Assembly (NCBI GenBank): GCA_963835625.1
Contig: CAWIGO010000002.1
Location: 8,116-72,115 of the forward strand
Direction of reading: 5' to 3'
Source: an uncultured Verrucomicrobiae bacterium
Lineage (GTDB): Bacteria; Verrucomicrobiota; Verrucomicrobiia; Limisphaerales; UBA11358
Length of the DNA: 64,000 nt
Each line of letters starts with the position of its first letter. Positions within the stretch are counted from its first letter, which is position 1. Below the pieces are notes generated by a model. The model worked only from the letters and a program-made list of their open reading frames with translations, made no database searches and was not told where the DNA came from. Shown here in pieces: positions 48,659 to 58,586 of the stretch. The position numbers were made by a program, and so were the translations under genes.

Positions 48659-49453
48659 ATGCCGAAGCGGAAACAATTACCCGTCGCGCTGACCATCGCC
48701 GGCTCGGATAGTGACGGCGGCGCGGGCATTCAGGCCGACTTGAAAACGTTCGCCGCGCTTGGCGTGCATGGCGCAAGCGTCATCACTTGTGTGACCGCGC
48801 AAAATCCAAATCGCGTTCGCAATATCGAATCGTGCTCACCCAAAATCGTGCGGCAACAAATCGAAACCGTGTTCGAAGAATTGCGACCGGGGGCGGTGAA
48901 AACTGGCATGCTGTTTTCTGCTGAAATTGTCCGTGTCGTCGCCAGTTTTTTCAAAAAAAGGGATCGCCCGCCGTTCATTATTGATCCGGTGATGATTTCG
49001 ACCAGCGGCGCAATGTTGCTGAAGCCGGCGGCAATTAAACTTTTACGGGAACACCTGCTGCCACTTGCTGCGCTGGTCACGCCCAATTTACACGAGGCCG
49101 GAATTTTGACCGGACGCAAAATGACATCCATCGAAAATATGCGCGCCGCCGCCCACGAGATTCACGCGCATTTTGGATGCGCAGCGCTGGTGAAGGGCGG
49201 TCATTTGCGTGGAGGGTGTGAGGCGGTGGACATTTTTTTTGATGGCCGGACGGAATTGCTGTTAACCGCGCCATTTGTGAAAAGAGTCCACCCGCACGGC
49301 ACCGGTTGTGTGTATTCAGCGGCTATCGCGGCGGAGCTTGCGTTGGGGCATGATTTGTCGGATGCGGTAAAACTTGCCAAACACTACGTCACTCACGCCA
49401 TCGCGCGAAGCTATCGCATCGGGCAACATTTTGCGCTCGGACATTTTGCTTGA
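48659..49453 (+). CDS. thiD: Hydroxymethylpyrimidine/phosphomethylpyrimidine kinase
   Basis: ALTIAGSDSDGGAGIQADLKTF and GTGC motifs. Confidence 0.92.
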   Translation: MPKRKQLPVALTIAGSDSDGGAGIQADLKTFAALGVHGASVITCVTAQNPNRVRNIESCSPKIVRQQIETVFEELRPGAVKTGMLFSAEIVRVVASFFKKRDRPPFIIDPVMISTSGAMLLKPAAIKLLREHLLPLAALVTPNLHEAGILTGRKMTSIENMRAAAHEIHAHFGCAALVKGGHLRGGCEAVDIFFDGRTELLLTAPFVKRVHPHGTGCVYSAAIAAELALGHDLSDAVKLAKHYVTHAIARSYRIGQHFALGHFA

Positions 49454-49466
49454 GCGCGCGAAATTT

Positions 49467-51059
49467 TCACGGTCGCTGCAGCCGGAAAAACTGGCTGCCA
49501 TTCGTCGCGCCGAGCGTGACGCAATTTTGACTATTGGTCACGGCGGGAGCCGGGTTGTTTGTATTCCAAACCGGCGCAGCCAGATTGGTGGCGGCTTGGA
49601 GCACGAAGCCCGCCGGGTAAATCGGCCATGTGAGAACTATATTGGTGCCGGAGCTGGCGATGTTCAACGGCGTCGAGAAAAATTCAAATGCCAGCGCGTA
49701 GGTTTCATTGGTGCTGACCGTCGCTCCGCCACTTTTGAAAACCTGCAAATCGTAACGGCCTTGCGCCAGATGCGGCACCCAGATGTGTTCGACGTTGTCC
49801 ACTAGGCTCGTGCTGCAGGCGACCAGGTTGCTGGAAATCGCGTCATATAAAAACAGGTCAAGGTTGTTGATGTTGGTCTTATTCAGGTGGCGATTCCAAA
49901 CGAGCGTGATGGTCGCGGTAAAAGTGGCGCTGTTCACACCGTTGGTGACGTTGAAATAATAATGGTTCACCCCGTCGGACGAGGAACTGCTGGTGTTGGT
50001 GTTGAAATCCCAGCCGCTCAACACACTGACCGTTCCGGTGGCGCTGGTCGGTGGATGCAGGCTGTTGGTGAAAACACTCATTGAAACGATGTAACCATGC
50101 TTGCCGCCGGTGAGCTGCTCGTAGGAGTTGAAAACGTTTAATACGCCCGCGCCGTAGCGGGTGTCCAGCGGCGAAGGCGCGTTGTTTGTCCAATCAGCGG
50201 GCTTGATCGCGCCGTTTAGCAGCAATGCTTTCACCGTGCGGATGTCGGCGGCGGAATTGGTGTCGCTGCCGCCGTCGCCGCGCAATCCCGCCTGCATCAG
50301 CACCGCCGCCGCGCCCGCAACCTGCGGCGTGGAAAAGCTTGTGGCACTTGCCGGGGCGGTGATGTCCGGTTTGGCGCGGCCATTGTCGATCGTCGGCCCA
50401 AAACTCGAAATGCCGCCGTAAGCGCCGACGCCGATGCAGTTGTAGCTGGTTCCCGGCGGGCTGACCGATCCGCTGTTGTTCACAGCCGAAACAAAAAGCG
50501 TGTTATAGTGCGCGGCGTAATTGTCATACTGCGAATCAACCTGTTGCTGTTCGCTGACGGAGAGATAATTGGTAGGCGTGGGAATGTTGGTGGACACGTT
50601 GCCAAACGTGAAGCTTTGATTGACTGCCAGGCTATTCAGGCTTGGCTGAAAAGGCGAAGCGGCGATGAAGTTCGTGTAAAAGAAATAAGCGTCGTAATTG
50701 TCCACGTGCGCAACGTTCGTGGCCACGCCGTTTGGAATCCCGTAAAAAGCGTTGCCAACGTCTTCTGCGTGCCAGGAGTTGGTTCCCAAGGTGTTCGGAT
50801 AAACATTGGTCGAACCGTCGGCGGAAAAATAAGTAAAAAGACTCGCGGACTGGCCGACATGGGCCGGGTTCACCTCAAAGGCAATCGGATTCACGGCTAC
50901 ATCCGCCTCCACCTGCGCCACGCGGATGCCCGCGCCGTTGACGTTGGTCGTCACCGCTTGCAACAGCGTAACGCCGATGGTGTCGAGATTCTGTGCGCGG
51001 GCGGCCATGTGCCCCAAGAAAACGAAGGCCAGGAGGAATTGTGCGCCGCGCAATTTCAT
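49467..51059 (-). CDS. Secreted S8 (subtilisin-like) serine peptidase with a C-terminal beta domain
   Basis: Signal peptide, His box SWHAEDVG, Ser box ATSFSTPQVAGAAAVL. Confidence 0.8.
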   Translation of the reverse strand: MKLRGAQFLLAFVFLGHMAARAQNLDTIGVTLLQAVTTNVNGAGIRVAQVEADVAVNPIAFEVNPAHVGQSASLFTYFSADGSTNVYPNTLGTNSWHAEDVGNAFYGIPNGVATNVAHVDNYDAYFFYTNFIAASPFQPSLNSLAVNQSFTFGNVSTNIPTPTNYLSVSEQQQVDSQYDNYAAHYNTLFVSAVNNSGSVSPPGTSYNCIGVGAYGGISSFGPTIDNGRAKPDITAPASATSFSTPQVAGAAAVLMQAGLRGDGGSDTNSAADIRTVKALLLNGAIKPADWTNNAPSPLDTRYGAGVLNVFNSYEQLTGGKHGYIVSMSVFTNSLHPPTSATGTVSVLSGWDFNTNTSSSSSDGVNHYYFNVTNGVNSATFTATITLVWNRHLNKTNINNLDLFLYDAISSNLVACSTSLVDNVEHIWVPHLAQGRYDLQVFKSGGATVSTNETYALAFEFFSTPLNIASSGTNIVLTWPIYPAGFVLQAATNLAAPVWNTNNPAPAVTNSQNCVTLGATNGSQFFRLQRP

Positions 51060-51212
51060 GAGATTTTCATTTTTTGCCGCAAATTTTATGCCCCAATTCC
51101 AACCCCATATCTGAAGTTTGAGGCGGTTGCGGATTCCTAGAATATAGCCGCGAATCGTGCCAAAGCAAATCACCGCCATTTCCTTTTAACGCCGGAGCGC
51201 TACACTGCCAGC

Positions 51213-51956
51213 GTGTCCGACACACTGGTTGTCAACGAAATCTATTTGGGCCTGCAAGGGGAAAGCACCTTCGCCGGGCTGCCGTGCGTTTTTATCCGGC
51301 TCACCGCCTGCGACTTGCGCTGCTCGTATTGCGACACCGCCTACGCCTTCACCGAAGGCAGAAAAATGTCGCTCGGAGAAATCCGCGCGGCAGTGCAGCG
51401 CTTGGCCTTGCCATTCTCAAATCCGAAATCCGAAGTCCGAAATCAAAAATTGCCCCTGGTCGAGCTGACCGGCGGCGAGCCGTTGCTTCAGAAAAATTCC
51501 CTGGCGCTGATGGAGCAGCTTTGTGACGATGGGTTCACCGTTCTTCTCGAAACCAGCGGCGCACACGACATTTCTCAAGTGGACGCCCGGGTTCGCCAGA
51601 TCATGGATTTGAAATGTCCCAGCAGCGGCGAAGTCGCGCGCAATCGTCTTGAGAACATTCCGCACCTCAAGGCCACCGATGAAATCAAATTCGTCGTTGG
51701 CACGCAGCAGGATTACGATTGGGCAAAGCAAAAAATTTCCGAGCACAAGCTCGACGCCATTTGCCCGTTGTTAATTTCGTGGGTGCAGCCGCTCGCGCCG
51801 GAGCAGCGGGATACATCGCTTAAAAAAGTTCCATTGGGGCAGACGCCCATTTCACGCCAGCAACTCGCGGAAAAAATCATCGCCGACGCACTGCCCGTGC
51901 GTTTTCAGATTCAAATACACAAGGTGATTTGGCCGCCGGAGCAACGCGGCGTTTGA
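51213..51956 (+). CDS. queE: 7-carboxy-7-deazaguanine synthase (radical SAM)
   Basis: LQGESTFAGLPCVFIRLTACDLRCSYCDT and TGGEPLLQ motifs. Confidence 0.9.
   Translation: MSDTLVVNEIYLGLQGESTFAGLPCVFIRLTACDLRCSYCDTAYAFTEGRKMSLGEIRAAVQRLALPFSNPKSEVRNQKLPLVELTGGEPLLQKNSLALMEQLCDDGFTVLLETSGAHDISQVDARVRQIMDLKCPSSGEVARNRLENIPHLKATDEIKFVVGTQQDYDWAKQKISEHKLDAICPLLISWVQPLAPEQRDTSLKKVPLGQTPISRQQLAEKIIADALPVRFQIQIHKVIWPPEQRGV
51420..51447. repeat. 7-bp-period tandem array (AATCCGA-type, 4 units) inside queE
   Basis: aatccga aatccga agtccga aatcaaa. In frame as NPKSEVRNQ. Confidence 0.85.
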
Positions 51957-51961
51957 TTCCG

Positions 51962-53257
51962 ATGAAGACGAAACAAATTCTCGATTTATTGCGTGCTTAC
52001 GAATCGCGCAACATTGTTTTCATGGAGCCGGACGGCTCTTGGCCCATCATTTGGGAACGCGCCAAAGATGTTTACGTTTGGGACACTGACGGAAAAAAAT
52101 ATCTGGATTTGTCCGGTGCATTCGGTGTTGCCGCTGCAGGTCACGCGAATCGGCACGTCGTCAAGGCCGGTCAAAAACAAATGGCGCGGTTACTCCACGC
52201 GATGGGCGACGTGCATCCACATGCGCGCAAGGCCGAGCTCGCGCGCGAGTTGAGCCGGATTACTTTCGAGCGATGGAGCAACGGCAAAAAATCCGGCAAA
52301 ACCATCTTCAGCAATTCCGGCTTCGAGGCCGTCGAATCCGCGCTCAAAACCGCGATTCTTGCCACGGGCAAACAGGGCGTCATCGCATTTTCCGGCGCGT
52401 ATCACGGACTCGGCTACGGTGCGCTCAACGCGACGCACCGCGATTTTTTCCGCAGCCCGTTCCAATCGCAACTTCGCGAGTTCGGGCATTTCGTCCAGTT
52501 TCCGTCAAAAGCCAGCGACCTCGCATCCGTGGAGTTCAGCATCCGCCACTTTTTTCGGCGTGAACGCATTGGCGCGATTCTGGTCGAACCGGTCCAAGCT
52601 CGCGGTGGCATCAATGTTCCGCCAAAAGAATTTTTGCCGCTGCTTCGCAAACTTTGCGACGAACACGGCGTGTTGTTGATTCTCGATGAAATTTACACCG
52701 GCTTTGGCCGCACCGGAAAATGGTTTGCGTGTGAACACAACGGCGTGGTTCCTGATTTGATTTGCCTCGGCAAGGCGCTTACCGGCGGTTTCCCGCTCTC
52801 GGCTTGTGTCGGTCGCGCCGACCTGATGGATGCCGCATGGCCGGCTTCGCGCGGCGAGGCGATTCACACCAGCACATTTCTCGGCCATCCTGTTGGTTGC
52901 GCGATGGCGCTGGCGCAAATCAAGGAAATTGAGCGACTCAACCTTTGCAAACGAAGCGCGGAGCTCGGAGAATTTCTTTTGGCGGAGTTGTTTAAAATCC
53001 AAAGTCTAAAATTCAAAGTTGTTTGCAAATCACGCGGTTTGGGTCTGATGGCCGGTGTTGAATTGCGATTGCCCGACGGCAAACCTGCCACCGAAGCCAC
53101 AATGCGGGCCATCAAAAACATGTTGCATCGTGGCTTCATTCTTTTGCCCGAAGGCGAGCATAGCAACGTCATCAGCTTCACACCGCCGCTTACGATTACC
53201 AAAATGCAATTGGCCAAAGCGGTCAACACGCTGGCGGAAGTCTTGAACCACGGATAA
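51962..53257 (+). CDS. Class III pyridoxal-phosphate aminotransferase (ArgD/GabT-like)
   Basis: SGFEAVESALK, LILDEIYTGFGRTG, LGKALTGG motifs. Confidence 0.85.
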   Translation: MKTKQILDLLRAYESRNIVFMEPDGSWPIIWERAKDVYVWDTDGKKYLDLSGAFGVAAAGHANRHVVKAGQKQMARLLHAMGDVHPHARKAELARELSRITFERWSNGKKSGKTIFSNSGFEAVESALKTAILATGKQGVIAFSGAYHGLGYGALNATHRDFFRSPFQSQLREFGHFVQFPSKASDLASVEFSIRHFFRRERIGAILVEPVQARGGINVPPKEFLPLLRKLCDEHGVLLILDEIYTGFGRTGKWFACEHNGVVPDLICLGKALTGGFPLSACVGRADLMDAAWPASRGEAIHTSTFLGHPVGCAMALAQIKEIERLNLCKRSAELGEFLLAELFKIQSLKFKVVCKSRGLGLMAGVELRLPDGKPATEATMRAIKNMLHRGFILLPEGEHSNVISFTPPLTITKMQLAKAVNTLAEVLNHG

Positions 53258-53365
53258 ACACGGATGGACACGGATATGGAAAACAAATCTTTACGCGAAT
53301 GCCGCCAATTGTCGCGAATTGTTTGCGTCTGTTTTTTAATTCGTGCCAATTCGCGCAATTCGTGT
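53249..53365. repeat. Composite repeat: 10-bp-period array (CACGGATNNN x3) plus a CGCGAATTG-type inverted repeat
   Basis: cacggataaa cacggatgga cacggatatg. Arms 53293-53321 and 53339-53365 are partly complementary. Confidence 0.6.
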
Positions 53366-53396
53366 AAAAGCTGCTTTCCCGGTGAAGCTTTCTGAG

Positions 53397-54230
53397 ATGC
53401 GGGAACTTCTGGCCACGCGCGGGATTCAGTTGACGAAATCCCTCGGCCAGAATTTTCTGCACGACGGCAATCAACTTCGGCGCATCATTGAGGCGGCGGA
53501 ATTAAAAAAGACGGACAAAGTCCTTGAAATCGGGCCGGGACTTGGGCCGCTCACCGAATTGCTTTTGGAAAGAGCGGGTGAGGTTTTGGCCATTGAAAAG
53601 GACGCGCGGCTGGTGCAATTTTTGCGCGAGCGATTTTCCAACCCGCAATCCGTAATCCGCAATCCGCCATTGCATTTGCTCCACGCCGACGCGCTTGAAT
53701 TCCTGCGTCGTGAGCCGCGCGACTGGAGCGATTGGAAGCTCGTGGCCAATCTGCCGTATTCCGTCGCTTCGCCGATTTTGGTGGAACTGGCGCAATCGCG
53801 CGGGCGACCGGAACGGATGGTCGCAACGCTGCAACTCGAAGTCGCGCGGCGGCTCACGGCCAAAGCCGGCGATGCGGATTACGGCGTGTTCACGTTGCTG
53901 ATTCAACTCGACTATGAATCCCGAAAGACTTCGGGATTCAAGATTCCGGCAAGTTGCTTTTTCCCGGAGCCGGACGTGGATTCAGCATGTGTGGTTTTGA
54001 TTCGCCGCGCCACGCCGCTTTTGCCCGAAAGCCAGCGTGCGGCGTTTGTGAAAATTGTGAAACGGGCGTTTTCGCAGCGGCGTAAAATGATGCTGAAACT
54101 GCTGCGCGAAGACTGGCTGGCGGAGAAATTGGAGCGGGCGTTTGAAGACTTACAGCTTTCGTCACAAGTGCGCGCGGAAGCGGTGAGCTTGGAGCAGTTT
54201 ATTGAGTTAACTCAAATATTGGCGGAGTAG
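53397..54230 (+). CDS. rsmA: 16S rRNA (adenine1518/1519-N6)-dimethyltransferase
   Basis: KSLGQNFL, EIGPGLGPLT, NLPYSVASP motifs. Confidence 0.92.
   Translation: MRELLATRGIQLTKSLGQNFLHDGNQLRRIIEAAELKKTDKVLEIGPGLGPLTELLLERAGEVLAIEKDARLVQFLRERFSNPQSVIRNPPLHLLHADALEFLRREPRDWSDWKLVANLPYSVASPILVELAQSRGRPERMVATLQLEVARRLTAKAGDADYGVFTLLIQLDYESRKTSGFKIPASCFFPEPDVDSACVVLIRRATPLLPESQRAAFVKIVKRAFSQRRKMMLKLLREDWLAEKLERAFEDLQLSSQVRAEAVSLEQFIELTQILAE
53640..53667. repeat. 7-bp-period tandem array (AATCCGC-type, 4 units) inside rsmA
   Basis: aacccgc aatccgt aatccgc aatccgc. In frame as NPQSVIRNP. Confidence 0.85.
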
Positions 54231-54316
54231 TTTTTATCCAAAAATCGGGAGGATCGGCATATTACCGGCCAAAATTTCAGGGATGGCGGCACGCCGTCCC
54301 TCCCATGTGTTGAATC

Positions 54317-54823
54317 ATGACCGAAGAAATTTTTGATGTCGTCAACGAGCGCGACGAGGTGATTGACCACCAGCCGCGCAGCGAAGTGCACCGCCTCGGC
54401 TTGCTGCACCGCGCGGTGCATGTGCTGGTGTTCAATTCGCGCGGCGAGATTTTTCTCCAAAAGCGTTCGATGAAGAAAGACCGCGAGCCGGGTAAATGGG
54501 ATTCGTCGGCATCCGGTCACGTGGGTTCAGGTGAGGATTATGATGCCTGTGCGGTGCGCGAATTGCGTGAGGAAATTGATCTGGAAATTGCGCGGCCACC
54601 GCAACGATTATTCAAAATCACCGCGTGCAAGGAAACAGACATGGAATTCGTCTGGGTTTATCGCTGTGAGAATGAAGGGCCGTTTCAGTTGCATCCTGAC
54701 GAAATTGAGCGTGGCGGGTGGTTTCCGCTGGAAAAAGTCACGCGTTGGGTTGCGGAAAAACCGGAAGATTTCGCCGGCGCGTTCAGACTCGATCTGGCAA
54801 ACGTTGAACCGTTGAATTGTTGA
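54317..54823 (+). CDS. NUDIX hydrolase
   Basis: Nudix box [23 protein letters not shown]. Confidence 0.85.
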   Translation: MTEEIFDVVNERDEVIDHQPRSEVHRLGLLHRAVHVLVFNSRGEIFLQKRSMKKDREPGKWDSSASGHVGSGEDYDACAVRELREEIDLEIARPPQRLFKITACKETDMEFVWVYRCENEGPFQLHPDEIERGGWFPLEKVTRWVAEKPEDFAGAFRLDLANVEPLNC

Positions 54824-54890
54824 ATCGTTACATCGGCTGCCATGCCAGGCGTCCGGTTCAACGATTTAACGATGCAACCATTCACGATTC
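54802..54890. repeat. Inverted pair of 8-bp-period arrays (CGTTGAAN x4 / NNCAACGA-type x4)
   Basis: Left arm 54802-54833 and right arm 54855-54890 are largely reverse-complementary. Overlaps the NUDIX stop codon. Confidence 0.6.
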
Positions 54891-54939
54891 CCGTTTCGCG
54901 CCTTTACCTTTCGCCGTGAATGGGGTATTGGTTTCCCAT

Positions 54940-55569
54940 ATGCAAAATTTCCTGGTTCCGATTGTGGTCGAGCAGACCGGTCGCGGTGAGCGGACGTGGG
55001 ACATCTATTCGCGCCTGCTTGTGGATCGTATCATTTTTCTCGGCATGGCCGTGGATGACACGGTCTCCAACATCGTCATCGCCCAATTGCTTTTCCTCCA
55101 AATGTCCGATGCAAAGAAGGATATTCATCTCTACATCAACTCGCCAGGCGGCAGCGTCACGGCGGGGCTGGCGATTTACGACACGATGCAATATCTCACG
55201 TGCGACGTGAATACGTATTGCGTCGGGCAGGCCTCAAGCATGGCTGCCGTGCTGCTCGCGGCGGGCACGAAGGGCAAACGTTACGCACTGCCGAACGCAC
55301 GCATCCTGATCCATCAGCCGTGGGGTGGCGTGCAGGGACAGGCCTCCGACATCAGCATTCAGGCCAAAGAGATTCTGCGGCTCAAAGACCGGCTGAATGA
55401 AATCCTTGCCAAACATTGCGGGCGCCAGGTCGAGGAACTCACGCGCGACACCGACCGCGACCGTTTCATGTCCGCCGAAGAAGCGAAAGAATACGGCCTC
55501 GTGGATCAAGTCGTGCAATCGCGCAAGGAAATCGCGGGACTGACTGAAAAAACTTCCGTGGTGGTTTGA
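54940..55569 (+). CDS. clpP: ATP-dependent Clp protease proteolytic subunit
   Basis: [30 protein letters not shown] motifs. Confidence 0.95.
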   Translation: MQNFLVPIVVEQTGRGERTWDIYSRLLVDRIIFLGMAVDDTVSNIVIAQLLFLQMSDAKKDIHLYINSPGGSVTAGLAIYDTMQYLTCDVNTYCVGQASSMAAVLLAAGTKGKRYALPNARILIHQPWGGVQGQASDISIQAKEILRLKDRLNEILAKHCGRQVEELTRDTDRDRFMSAEEAKEYGLVDQVVQSRKEIAGLTEKTSVVV

Positions 55570-55617
55570 CACAAAAGAATTGTTCGGTGCGGGCGGGGTT
55601 GGGAAGTGACGTGAGAA

Positions 55618-56055
55618 TCATTCACCGATATCTTCATTCCACAATTCTGGCCGCGTGGCGATAAAATCGCGCATGAGTTGAATGCACACTGGGTCTTGCA
55701 GCACTTCCACTTTCACGCCTTGGGAGCAGACATATTCCTCCGGGCCTTGGAAGGTTTTGTTTTCGCCAACGACGATACGCGGGATTTTGTAGAGCAAAAT
55801 CGCGCCGCTGCACATCGGGCACGGCGAAAGTGTCGAATACAAAACACAACGCTTATAGACCGATGCTTTGAGCCGCCCGGTGTTTTCGAGGCAGTTCATT
55901 TCCGCGTGATGAATCACGCTGTCGCGTTGAACGCGTTGATTATGTCCGCGCCCGATGACTTTGCCATCGAGCACAAGCACCGAACCGATAGGAATGCCGC
56001 CTTCCGCCAGGCCTTTTCTGGCCTCTTCAATGGCTGCTTGCAGAAAAACATCCAT
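55618..56055 (-). CDS. CMP/dCMP-type zinc deaminase (cytosine/nucleoside deaminase-like)
   Basis: HAEMNC and PCPMCSGA zinc motifs. Confidence 0.85.
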   Translation of the reverse strand: MDVFLQAAIEEARKGLAEGGIPIGSVLVLDGKVIGRGHNQRVQRDSVIHHAEMNCLENTGRLKASVYKRCVLYSTLSPCPMCSGAILLYKIPRIVVGENKTFQGPEEYVCSQGVKVEVLQDPVCIQLMRDFIATRPELWNEDIGE

Positions 56056-56090
56056 GCACGGAGTGAAACATCTTTTCGAGGGGATAACAA

Positions 56091-56166
56091 GGTAGGGACA
56101 CGCGGCCCGCGCGTCCGGCGGAAGTTCCGCTTCCCAACCCGGTCGCCTCGGCGAGGCGCCCCTACC
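56091..56166. repeat. REPIN (two inverted GTAGGG-head REPs)
   Basis: GGTAGGGACACGCGGCCCGCGCGTCC ... GGTCGCCTCGGCGAGGCGCCCCTACC. Confidence 0.75.
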
Positions 56167-56170
56167 AATT

Positions 56171-57148
56171 TTAGCGCGCAAAAATCTGGCGAATCACGTC
56201 CTCAATCGGCACTTCCTGAATGTCAATGTCGCTCACCGGCAAATCGTCGAGCAGCGATTTGCAGACGGCGATGACACGGTCGCGTTTCACCTTGAAGGTG
56301 ATTGAGCCGGCATTTTTTCCGACGATTTCGCCGTAACGACTCAAATGATCCGCCGGATAATCATTCGCCTTTTCGCATTGGATCGTTACAACCTTGAAGT
56401 CGGCGAAGCGATCCACAATTTCGTCGAGTTTGCCATCGTAGAAAATCTTGCCGTGGTCAATGATGATGACACGCTCGCAAAGCGCCTGAATATCAGCCAT
56501 GTAATGGCTCGTAAGCAGAATCGTTGTCTTTTGCCCGGCGTTGTGGCGGCGGATGAATTCGCGGACGGTCTTTTGCGAAACCACGTCGAGGCCGATGGTC
56601 GGCTCGTCGAGGAACAGAACCTTGGGCTGGTGGAGCAATGACGCGATGAGTTCCATTTTCATCCGTTCGCCAAGCGAAAGCTCGCGAACGCTGATGTTGA
56701 GTTTGTCGCGGGTGTTGAGCATTTCGCTCATTTCGGCGACGGTGCGCTCGAAGCGGTCGGCGGGAATGCCGTAAATTTTTGAGTTCAGTTCAAGCGATTC
56801 GCGCGCAGGCAAGTCCCACCAAAGCTGGTTTTTCTGGCCGAGCACGAGTGCGAACTGGCGGCGGTAGCCGTCGTGGCGCTCCCACGGAACGTAGCCGAGC
56901 ACGCGCGCCGAACCGGCTGTCGGGTGAAGCAGGCCGGCGAGCATTTTGAGCGTGGTGGTCTTGCCCGCGCCATTCGGGCCGAGGAAACCGACGAGTTCGC
57001 CGGGTTCAATCGTGAAATGCACGTCGTTGACTGCAACGGTTTGTTCGTATCGGCGGTGAAACAACCCTTTGATCGCGCCTGTAAAACCGGGCTGCTTTTT
57101 ATAGGAGCGAAAGGTTTTGGTGAGACCGCTGACTTCAATAACAGGCAT
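56171..57148 (-). CDS. ABC transporter ATP-binding protein with no adjacent permease gene
   Basis: Walker A GPNGAGKTT, signature LSLGERMK, Walker B LFLDEPT. Confidence 0.88.
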   Translation of the reverse strand: MPVIEVSGLTKTFRSYKKQPGFTGAIKGLFHRRYEQTVAVNDVHFTIEPGELVGFLGPNGAGKTTTLKMLAGLLHPTAGSARVLGYVPWERHDGYRRQFALVLGQKNQLWWDLPARESLELNSKIYGIPADRFERTVAEMSEMLNTRDKLNISVRELSLGERMKMELIASLLHQPKVLFLDEPTIGLDVVSQKTVREFIRRHNAGQKTTILLTSHYMADIQALCERVIIIDHGKIFYDGKLDEIVDRFADFKVVTIQCEKANDYPADHLSRYGEIVGKNAGSITFKVKRDRVIAVCKSLLDDLPVSDIDIQEVPIEDVIRQIFAR

Positions 57149-57159
57149 CGGGGAAGTCT

Positions 57160-57222
57160 TCAGTTTTAAGTTTTCAGTTTCAAGTTCTAAAACTGAACAC
57201 TGGAAACTTCAGACTTGAAACT
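57160..57222. repeat. Inverted pair of 7-bp-period arrays (CAGTTTT-type x4 / AAAACTG-type x5)
   Basis: Direct reading. Lies immediately after the dnaA stop, so it could act as a hairpin terminator. Confidence 0.7.
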
Positions 57223-58586
57223 TATCTCATCAATTGCTTTTCGATGTAATGGACGACCTGACGGACGTTGGCGTCCACTTCCATGCGGTCTTTGACGAGG
57301 CGGCAGGCGTGCATCACCGTGCCGTGATCGCGCCCGCCGTAGGCTTCGCCGATGGAGTTGAGCGAACTTTCGGTCATCCGACGCGAAAGATACATGGCGA
57401 TTTGGCGCGGGAAAGCGATGTTTTCCGGGCGGCGCTTGCTGGTCATGTCGGCAAGGCGAATGTCAAAATGTTCCGCGACTTTCTTCTGAATGACTTCGAT
57501 GCTGATGGAAAAACGGCCTTCTTCGTGAAGGATTTCACGCAGCAAGCCTTCGACGACCTCGATGCTGAGTTTCTTGCCGGTGAGCGAAGCGTAGGACGCC
57601 ACGCGGATGAGCGCGCCTTCGAGCCGGCGGACATTGGTGCGGATGCGGTTGGCCAGAAAATTCATAATGTCATCCGACAGCGTCACGCCCATAATCTGCG
57701 CCTTTTTGTTGAGAATGGCCAGGCGCACTTCGACGTCCGGCGGCTGCAAATCCGTCACCAAGCCCCATTCGAAACGCGAGACGAGGCGGTGTTCGAGCCC
57801 CTGAATCTCGCTGGCCGGGCGGTCGCACGTGAGCACGATTTGCTTGTGCGATTCGTGAAGCGCGTTGAAGGTATGGAAAAATTCCTCCTGAATCCGTTCC
57901 TTGCCGGCTAGAAACTGGATGTCGTCAATCAACAGCACGTCGGTCTGGCGGTATTTTTTGCGGAATTTGACGAGTTGGTTGTTTTGGATTCCGTCAATGT
58001 ATTCGTTGGTGAACTTCTCCGAGGATAAATAGGCGACGTGCGCACCTTTCCTGTTGCTGACAACATACTGGCCGATGGCGTGAAGCAGGTGTGTCTTGCC
58101 GAGACCCACACCCCCGTAAAGGAAAAGCGGGTTATAGGATTTGCCGGGCGCTTGGGCGACGGCGAGCGCGGCGGCGTAGGCAAAGTTATTGTTATTGCCA
58201 ACAACAAAGGCTTCGAACGTGTTCTTGGGATTAAAACCAAATTCGCCATTGTGTGTTGCTCGTTCGTGGCTGGAGCCAGCAGCTTTTGTTGTTTTCGCCG
58301 GTGCTGGAGAAAGTGCAGCGGCGGGGTGAACATTTCCGCCGGCAATTTTGAATTTTACCTGCAATTGGCGGCCAGCGGCCACAGCCAGGGCATCTTGCAA
58401 CAGGCTGAGGTAATTGTCCTTAAGCCAGACTTCGCAGAATTCGTTGGCCACTTCCAAAGTGACGTGGTTGGAATCAATCGCATTGGCTCGCAACGGAGCA
58501 AACCACATGTTGTAAGTGTCTGCGTTCAACTTGGAACGGAGATGTTCCTGCGCCGAATTCCAAATTTTTTCTGCTGAAAGCTGCAT
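57222..58586 (-). CDS. dnaA: Chromosomal replication initiator protein DnaA
   Basis: Walker A GGVGLGKTHL, LLIDDIQF, and domain IV (IAFPRQIAMYL...SL..IG..YGGRDHGTVMHA). Confidence 0.96.
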   Translation of the reverse strand: MQLSAEKIWNSAQEHLRSKLNADTYNMWFAPLRANAIDSNHVTLEVANEFCEVWLKDNYLSLLQDALAVAAGRQLQVKFKIAGGNVHPAAALSPAPAKTTKAAGSSHERATHNGEFGFNPKNTFEAFVVGNNNNFAYAAALAVAQAPGKSYNPLFLYGGVGLGKTHLLHAIGQYVVSNRKGAHVAYLSSEKFTNEYIDGIQNNQLVKFRKKYRQTDVLLIDDIQFLAGKERIQEEFFHTFNALHESHKQIVLTCDRPASEIQGLEHRLVSRFEWGLVTDLQPPDVEVRLAILNKKAQIMGVTLSDDIMNFLANRIRTNVRRLEGALIRVASYASLTGKKLSIEVVEGLLREILHEEGRFSISIEVIQKKVAEHFDIRLADMTSKRRPENIAFPRQIAMYLSRRMTESSLNSIGEAYGGRDHGTVMHACRLVKDRMEVDANVRQVVHYIEKQLMR

